Made by a program: the position numbers and the translations under genes
From: Synechococcus sp.
GTDB lineage: Bacteria; Cyanobacteriota; Cyanobacteriia; Thermostichales; PCC-7336
Direction of reading: 5' to 3'
Assembly (NCBI GenBank): GCA_051439425.1
Contig: JBFRWD010000157.1
Coordinates: 1-14,428 of the forward strand
DNA length: 14,428 nucleotides
The notes under the pieces: model-generated
What the model was told of the DNA's origin: nothing
The model's input: only the letters and a program-made list of their open reading frames with translations
Database searches by the model: none
Part shown: in pieces, positions 8,597-14,428 of the stretch
Layout of the letters: every line of letters starts with the position of its first letter
Numbering within the stretch: position 1 is the first letter of the stretch

Positions 8597-11500
8597 TTAA
8601 TTTAGGACTTCTAACTCCGAACCATTGTCCGACCGTTTGACTTGAATGCGAGAGGGGAAGCGATCGCGCAGGCTTGGAATGTGGGTGATCGTCAAAATAC
8701 AGGCAAAGTCGGACGCTACGGTATTGATCGCCGCCACGAGAGAATCCCGCCCCGCTCGATCTTGGGTGCCAAAGCCTTCATCGATTAGCAGTGTTTGTAA
8801 GCTGGCACCCGATCGCTGTGCCAGCAGCCGAGACAGAGCGAGTCGAATTGCAAAGTTAATGCGAAATGCCTCTCCACCTGAATAGGTTTCGTACGGGCGA
8901 GTGCCGCGAGGATCGGCGATCGAGATGTCCAAGGTATCAATGGTCTTTTTCGATCGCCCCGAGCGCTGGGTGACAAATTGCAGGTGCAACTGGTTGTTGG
9001 TCAGGCGACCTAATAATTGATTGGCCTCAGCTTCTAATTCCGGTAGAGCATTTTCAATGATGAGGGCGGGGATCCCATTGGGACCATATGCAACTGACAG
9101 TTCGCGGTATACCTGAAACTGGCGACGGACCTGCTGCAAATCTTGCTTGGTTTCAGCATGGTCTTGCTCAAGAGTTTCGTACTGAGCAAGCTGCTGTTTG
9201 GTTGCCCCTAACTGCGACAAAATACGGTCTAGGGAAGCGCGGCCATCGGCGATCGCGATTTTTAAGCCTTCGGCTGTTGACAGGTTGCCTTCGGAGACGC
9301 TGGCAGTTTGTGTTTCCAACGTGGCTAGTTCTTTTAGCGCTGCATCTAGCTGCTGCTGACAATCAGCAACTTCTTGACGGTATTGACGTAACTGCTGTTT
9401 GAGGGTTCGACAGCTTGCGTCACATTGAGGCAGACGTTCGCGAGCGGTTTTTAGGGTTTCGGCCTTGGCTCGCCACGGTTGCAGGTGTATGAGCTGTTGG
9501 CGTAGCTGTCGGTGTGCTGATTCTTCGTACGCAATAGCAGAAATCTGGGTCTCAAGCTGCTGCATCTGTTGGTGTAACTGGTCTAGTTGCTGGCTTTCGG
9601 TGGTTGCGGAGGATGATAGCTTTGCGACTTTAGTTTCCAACGTTTGGATAGAGTGCTTGGTTCTGGCCAACCGCTGCTTTGCTTTGCACAGTTCGCTGTG
9701 TTTGAATGCTGCCCACCGCCAGCGTTCCACTTCAGAACGACAGAGGGCGTGATCTTTATCGTTGTATTCCAATTGAGATAAGTCGGTTTCAATTTCAGCC
9801 AGACGTTCCCGCGCAGCTAACGCAAAGGTTTCTTCAGAGAGTGAGCGATCTAGCTCCTGCAGTTCGTCCGTCCACGCCTGTAGTTGCTGACTTTGATACT
9901 GACTGGATTCCAACTGTTGTTGCAGCCGCCCCTGAATTTTGAATTGCTCGTCCAATACCGATAATTTTTCGGTTAGCTCGGTATGTTCCTGGACTAGCAG
10001 CTCGATCTCGCGATCGGTGACGGCCAGCTGTTCTCGAATAACCCACAATTGCTCTGAGAGCGTATCTTGCTGGGTGCGCTGTTTTTCCAGCACGGTCGAT
10101 CGCAAATCCCCTTCCAAAACTTGGGTGCATAACGGACAGGATTGTCCCGGCATGAGAAGTTGATGGCAGCTATCTTCTAACGATTGCCACTGACGCTGAA
10201 TGGCTCGTTGGCGTTCCTGTAATTGTTCGACAAACGCCCGTCGTTCCTGACATTTTTCCTGCACCCGCTCACGATAAACGCGCTGCTTGGTCAATTCATT
10301 GAGCTCTCCTTCCACTTCCACTACGGCTTGTGCAACAAACTGATGGTGAGTGGTGTGTTGTAGTTGGTTTACCTGTTGTTGCAGGGAGTCTTGGCGCGCC
10401 AGGAGGCGATCGCGTTCTCGGTCGATCTGTCGATGATACGACTCCAATTGCTTGAGCAAAGGAGACGCTTTGGTTTGAATGCGATCGAGTCTTGTCAGGG
10501 TGGACTGGGCTTGTCGATAGTGACTTAATGCGCCCGTGATGCGTTCTCCATCGTCCACAAGCTCTGCATCTGAGGAGGCTGAAGTGCGAAGGTGGTCGAG
10601 CTGGGTTTGGTATTTCTGTAACGACAGCGATCGCTGGTGCTCTAGCCGAGCAATCTGTGTTTGTAGCTCCTGTTGCGACTGCAGCAATACTTGGCGGGAT
10701 TGAAATTGCTGTTGCATGGCTTCAATTTGCAGTGCAATTTCGCCATATTTACGATTGCCTTGTTCGATGGCGGCTGCTTGGCTCAGTAGTTCCTGCAATT
10801 CCTGGCGTCGTTGTTGCTGGTCTCGCCACTGAGTTTCTGTTTGCTGGAGCGAGGTACGCAGCGTACCTCTTTTATCCTGCAACCACTGCACCTGCTGCTG
10901 CGCTTGTTCGAGCTGTTGTTCGCGGACTGTTGTTGTCTCGAGTAACTTGCGATCGCTGGCTAGTTGTTCGCTCAACTCTTGCTGCCTAGCTTCCAGGCGC
11001 TTATAGGCAATCCGAGTAGTGCTTAATTGTTCGAGCTGTTCGAGCTGTTGACGATGCCGTTGCCGGAAAAATTCGATATCAACTTTGGCTGTTCGCATCC
11101 GTTCGCGACATTGTTCAGCCAGCCGATCGTATTGCTCCAATTGCAACAGTTCTGCTAGCAGTCGCTTGCGATCGCCCGGTCGTTTCAGAGTAAATTCATC
11201 CGCCCGTCCCTGCCGCAAATAGGCTGAGTTGATGAACGTGTTGTAGTCCAACCGCAACTGAGTTTGAATGGCCTGTTGGGTTGCACGCATCCCTTTTTGG
11301 GTGAGCGATCTCCAGCCCCGATCGGTTTGGATTTGCCATTCTAGCGATCCGTGACCTGCGAGCGATCGGCGGCGCAATATTCGATAGGTTTGCCCGAATG
11401 AATGATAGGTAATATCAACGGCTGCTTCTGTGGTTCCCTGGCGAATGACGCGATCGTCTGCCCCCACTCTCGATTGCCCCCAAAGTGCCCAGGTCAGACC

Positions 11501-11626
11501 TTCGAAAATGGCCGACTTACCCGCTCCGTTATGCCCGCAAATGCAGGCTGTATGCAGCTGTCTGAAATCAATAACTGCATGCTTGTAGCTCAAAAAGTTG
11601 TTGAGAGAGAGCTGAAGGGGGATCAC
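8597..11626 (-). CDS. sbcC: SbcC (Rad50-like SMC ATPase subunit of the SbcCD nuclease), 1009 aa
   Basis: GTG start, N-terminal LNNFLSY, Walker A GHNGAGKS, Q-loop YLRQG, long Q/E/L coiled coils with a central zinc-hook CPLC, signature YSGGE, Walker B/D-loop LLIDEGFGTQD and H-loop ITH. Confidence 0.96.
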   Translation of the reverse strand: MIPLQLSLNNFLSYKHAVIDFRQLHTACICGHNGAGKSAIFEGLTWALWGQSRVGADDRVIRQGTTEAAVDITYHSFGQTYRILRRRSLAGHGSLEWQIQTDRGWRSLTQKGMRATQQAIQTQLRLDYNTFINSAYLRQGRADEFTLKRPGDRKRLLAELLQLEQYDRLAEQCRERMRTAKVDIEFFRQRHRQQLEQLEQLSTTRIAYKRLEARQQELSEQLASDRKLLETTTVREQQLEQAQQQVQWLQDKRGTLRTSLQQTETQWRDQQQRRQELQELLSQAAAIEQGNRKYGEIALQIEAMQQQFQSRQVLLQSQQELQTQIARLEHQRSLSLQKYQTQLDHLRTSASSDAELVDDGERITGALSHYRQAQSTLTRLDRIQTKASPLLKQLESYHRQIDRERDRLLARQDSLQQQVNQLQHTTHHQFVAQAVVEVEGELNELTKQRVYRERVQEKCQERRAFVEQLQERQRAIQRQWQSLEDSCHQLLMPGQSCPLCTQVLEGDLRSTVLEKQRTQQDTLSEQLWVIREQLAVTDREIELLVQEHTELTEKLSVLDEQFKIQGRLQQQLESSQYQSQQLQAWTDELQELDRSLSEETFALAARERLAEIETDLSQLEYNDKDHALCRSEVERWRWAAFKHSELCKAKQRLARTKHSIQTLETKVAKLSSSATTESQQLDQLHQQMQQLETQISAIAYEESAHRQLRQQLIHLQPWRAKAETLKTARERLPQCDASCRTLKQQLRQYRQEVADCQQQLDAALKELATLETQTASVSEGNLSTAEGLKIAIADGRASLDRILSQLGATKQQLAQYETLEQDHAETKQDLQQVRRQFQVYRELSVAYGPNGIPALIIENALPELEAEANQLLGRLTNNQLHLQFVTQRSGRSKKTIDTLDISIADPRGTRPYETYSGGEAFRINFAIRLALSRLLAQRSGASLQTLLIDEGFGTQDRAGRDSLVAAINTVASDFACILTITHIPSLRDRFPSRIQVKRSDNGSELEVLN

Positions 11627-11756
11627 GAAGTTGTGGATTATTCAGAAGGATTTTGCACGGGAAATAGACGGTCAAGACAGCAATAGGGAAATTCATAGGA
11701 ATGGTATTGCCTACGAAGCGACCTAAACCCAGTAGACAATAGCTAAACGCTATGAC

Positions 11757-12023
11757 TCACTTTGTCAGGTTAACCAATTGCTTATTCACCACTATAAAGA
11801 GTTGCTCAATCACCTCATTACACTTGAATTTATCCCAAATCACATCGATTTCCCAGAATTGCGAGGCTTTCTCTCCCTCAACACACAAATCATTGTCCAA
11901 AAGCAGCGAGATATCGCCCTAGCGATCCCAAGCCAGTGTCAATCCATATCCAGGACCGGTATGACAAAATGCCGCGTTGCCTTCAAACAAAGGAATAACT
12001 GTATTCGGGTCTGGATTCGATGA
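11757..12023 (-). pseudogene. 3' remnant of an unidentified protein gene with one in-frame TAG
   Basis: Minus-strand translation: SNPDPNTVIPLFEGNAAFCHTGPGYGLTLAWDR*GDISLLLDNDLCVEGEKASQFWEIDVIWDKFKCNEVIEQLFIVVNKQLVNLTK*, with TAG at 11919-11921 and no start codon. The ORF-track + strand ORF 11778..12023 is its in-register antisense shadow. Confidence 0.45.
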
Positions 12024-12340
12024 GATCTATTCAGGCGAAGGACACGATATGACTTATGGGGGATTCGCAAACAGCGCTTGATAAGAGCTGCTGGAAATGA
12101 CGGTCCCTGGGGAGACGATGGCGATGACTTTCTCTACGGAAGAGTAGGCGACGATCTCGTCGATGGTGGCTCGGGTGCCGGTATCATCTATGCCGGCAAG
12201 GGTCGCGGCCTAGCTTACGGTGTACGACTACGATGAAGTACGCGATCGCTGCTGGCAATGGCATCGCTATTTTGAATGCTGGCGACGGACGCGACATTTT
12301 GAATGGAAGGATAGGGAATGATTGGTTCGAAGATGCTTGT
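12001..12340 (+). pseudogene. Degenerate RTX / hemolysin-type Ca-binding repeat gene fragment
   Basis: GGxGxDx(L/I)x-like nonapeptides are split over three frames: from 12001 VFGSGFDEIYSGEGHDMTYGG; from 12078 LIRAAGNDGPWGDDGDDFLYGRVGDDLVDGGSGAGIIYAGKGRGLAYG; from 12242 AIAAGNGIAILNAGDGRDILNGRIGNDWFED. Two frameshifts and stop codons are present. Confidence 0.85.
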
Positions 12341-12440
12341 AGGCTATGCTCCCCTTCCAATCCTTATGCAGAATGGAGCGCGATGCTGAAGAGTTAACGT
12401 GTCAATCCCCCACTTGTGCCAAAGGCGCAAACCGTATACC

Positions 12441-12470
12441 TCCCCGTAATCTCAACGGGGCCTGCGGGGA
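12441..12470 (-). terminator. Stem-loop 3' of sbtB, possibly a terminator or stabiliser
   Basis: CCCCGT (12442-12447) pairs with ACGGGG (12455-12460), or alternatively TCCCCG pairs with CGGGGA (12465-12470). There is no clear U tract. Confidence 0.4.
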
Positions 12471-12482
12471 AATGCTCATTTG

Positions 12483-12812
<330 letters not shown>

Positions 12813-13152
12813 TCAAGGTTTAGGGTAAGCAATTGTCAGAAAAATGGGCTGCTTCTCTACATCTTTCGCAATAGCTCAAGGTAATGCTATGTAGATTCGC
12901 CTTGAAGCATATCTTCCAGTGTGGACCCAAAATCAATGAATATACGACCCACAGCACAGAAAAAATGATTTAGATTCGTGCAGGTAGTTTATTAATGATG
13001 CTTATCAAAATCAGATGTGGAGTGGGCAATCAGGATGACCATATAAGCTTCAATTATCAGAAGGTTTGAGAACTTTGATGCAATAGCTCAGCTATAGCGC
13101 TGCTTGCCAGACAAATCTTACATATAATTAAGAAAATTATTTTGTTACTAAC

Positions 13153-13170
13153 CATAGATTTAAATCTATG
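13153..13170. promoter_or_regulatory. Putative NdhR (CcmR) operator between sbtB and the 80-aa gene
   Basis: Perfect palindrome CATAGATTTAAATCTATG containing ATAG-N8-CTAT (13154-13169). A TACTCT -10-like hexamer at 13190-13195 follows after 20 nt. Confidence 0.75.
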
Positions 13171-13336
13171 AGTTTAATCAACACCGGTCTACTCTTAAAC
13201 AAATTTGGTACAAGTGGATCGATGTCACAGCAGTGTCGCGCAGCATCGATACGTATCACGCAGGTAAACATTCTGCTGGCGCTCCGTACGATTTGGCCAT
13301 GTGGATTACGACAATACATGCGATCGGGAGTCAACC

Positions 13337-13579
13337 ATGAACAAGTTTGAATCGAGGCGATCGCAGCCAAAGTTGGATGCGAATAAAGGGTGGATTGTTC
13401 AAGTATATGGCGGCAATCGGCGCTTACTCTGTGTGTTAGAACCCTCTCACGGTTGGATCTTCTTAATCGGTTGCAGTGTTGGTTTACTGCTATCGGTGAT
13501 TTGGTTTAATACTGCTCACTACGGTCCTGTCGTAGAACCGACTTCACCAAGAGAGTCGCCACTATTACAAGTGGATTGA
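13337..13579 (+). CDS. 80-aa single-TM protein in the sbt locus, candidate SbtC-like small protein
   Basis: GGAG lies 6 nt before ATG 13337, a better start than GTG 13301. Sequence: MNKFESRRSQPKLDANKGWIVQVYGGNRRLLCVLEPSHGWIFLIGCSVGLLLSVIWFN...LLQVD, with one hydrophobic helix. It has its own NdhR-type promoter. The SbtC link rests on size and context recalled from the literature, not on an alignment. Confidence 0.8.
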   Translation: MNKFESRRSQPKLDANKGWIVQVYGGNRRLLCVLEPSHGWIFLIGCSVGLLLSVIWFNTAHYGPVVEPTSPRESPLLQVD

Positions 13580-14128
13580 TAGCCCCTCACATGGGTAAGC
13601 CCTTGTCCTCAAGACATCGGAACTGAGCCATTCCCTCAATGTGGCTTAGTTCCGATTGGCAAGGAATTCGGACGAGTCGTTGCAGGAAAATTTCGCTACG
13701 TTATCCGGTTGTACAGTCAGATTGTTATTCTTTACTCTTCGATATGGCCCTTCATTTTGTCTCGACACTAGATATCTCCCAAGAAATCATGGGGTAAGCA
13801 TGCCGATCTTCATTCCCGGAAAGGGTAGGAAAATGAGGAGATAGGGGTAAATAGTTGCCCTTTTTTCATGCGAACAGCGGTGTATAGCGTTGAGAAGAAT
13901 CGGCGATCGCTGTCTCATCTGCCCAAATCAGAGAGCTAAAAATATATAGAGAAACGCTTATAGGACTCATCAGAGTCTTTGCATAAATACCCCCTAGAAG
14001 GTAGAAGCTGCTAAATCAAAAAAGAAAAACTTATCGAACTCATCAGACATTGTGTTCTAAATCCATGTCACATCCGTAAAAAAATATATATATCAAGATA
14101 GACTTAATTAAGCAGGATTATATATATT

Positions 14129-14146
14129 CATAGATATATATCTATG
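14129..14146. promoter_or_regulatory. Putative NdhR (CcmR) operator of the sbtA promoter
   Basis: Perfect palindrome CATAGATATATATCTATG containing ATAG-N8-CTAT (14130-14145). A TATTAT -10 hexamer at 14166-14171 follows after 20 nt. sbtA is an established NdhR target. Confidence 0.8.
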
Positions 14147-14300
14147 TTAAGAAGCGCAGGTGACCTATTATTACTTGCCGGGCCTGTTCGGAGAGTGGTT
14201 TTTTCTGAATACCCTGTCGACAGGTTCTAGCGTTGGTCCTGTGCCGCAAGGGTGAAGAGACTCCCTCTGTTTATTAAGCTCATCCATCGCAGTGTTCGTT

Positions 14301-14326
14301 CCTCCTTACAAGGAGGCAGAAGGAGG
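14301..14326 (+). promoter_or_regulatory. sbtA translation-initiation region with an anti-SD and two tandem SD sequences
   Basis: CCTCCTT (14301-14307), AAGGAGG (14310-14316) and AAGGAGG (14320-14326), followed by TTG at 14332. Confidence 0.6.
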
Positions 14327-14331
14327 TATTC

Positions 14332-14428
14332 TTGGATTTTTTATCCGATTTTTTGGCTAATTTTCTTTCAAAGTTACAATCTCCAACACTTGGTTTTTTG
14401 ATCGGTGGTGGAGTTCTTGCTGCCGTTG
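14332..14428 (+). CDS. sbtA: SbtA sodium-dependent bicarbonate transporter, N-terminal 32 codons, continuing beyond the window
   Basis: AGGAGG-N5-TTG, then MDFLSDFLANFLSKLQSPTLGFLIGGGVLAAV. This matches the SbtA N-terminus (MDFLSxFLxxFxxQLQSPTLxFLIGG). Not in the ORF track. Confidence 0.93.
   Translation, partial: MDFLSDFLANFLSKLQSPTLGFLIGGGVLAAV

Noticed and set aside
8597..11626. sbcC without an adjacent sbcD as a novel SMC-based defence system
   Set aside because: All motifs are those of ordinary cyanobacterial SbcC, sbcD is often unlinked in cyanobacteria, and no partner genes are adjacent.
520..11686. Many 60-130 aa ORF-track entries overlapping the hydrolase, ctaB, ctaA, the exported protein and sbcC
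   Set aside because: They are antisense or alternate-frame shadows of well-supported genes, with no motifs or RBS support.
11739..11753. ATAG-N7-CTAT upstream of sbcC as a third NdhR box
   Set aside because: The spacer is 7 rather than 8, and sbcC is not a Ci-uptake gene.
11778..12023. + strand 81-aa ORF
   Set aside because: Better explained as the antisense shadow of the minus-strand remnant.
12815..12850. Minus-strand PIFLTIAYP upstream of sbtB as a leftover sbtA C-terminus
   Set aside because: Too short, and the similarity does not extend upstream.
13137..13370. ORFs 13137..13370 (-) and 13168..13350 (+)
   Set aside because: They overlap the predicted operator, promoter and leader of the 80-aa gene, and have no RBS or motif.
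12823..13844. GGGTAAGC three times (12823, 13593, 13792) and ORF 13656..13844
   Set aside because: The spacing is irregular with no consistent position relative to genes, so chance is plausible. The ORF has a TTG start and no support.

Overview
Cyanobacterial chromosomal DNA, judged from at least 12 HIP1 GCGATCGC octamers and cyanobacteria-specific genes. In order, the window holds: a 5'-truncated alpha/beta-fold hydrolase; a small Cys-rich hypothetical protein; a possible 80-aa orphan ORF; a 55-aa psb34 (Ssl1498-family) gene missed by the ORF track, with an upstream HLR1/RpaB-type repeat and a terminator; about 1 kb of hairpin-rich non-coding DNA; ctaA-ctaB (heme a/o synthesis); a 519-aa exported, probably outer-membrane beta-barrel-like protein of unknown family with 30-aa repeats; sbcC; two abutting gene relics on opposite strands (one RTX Ca-binding); and a bicarbonate-uptake locus. 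That locus is the most notable part. sbtB points away from an 80-aa single-TM gene and from sbtA (TTG start at 14332, running off the window, also absent from the ORF track). The 80-aa gene and sbtA each carry a perfect 18-bp palindrome with the NdhR/CcmR consensus ATAG-N8-CTAT exactly 20 nt before a TANNNT -10 box. The sbtA leader has a doubled Shine-Dalgarno plus an anti-SD. I found no CRISPR array, rRNA, tRNA or intact transposase. All family calls come from motif recognition by eye, not from database searches.
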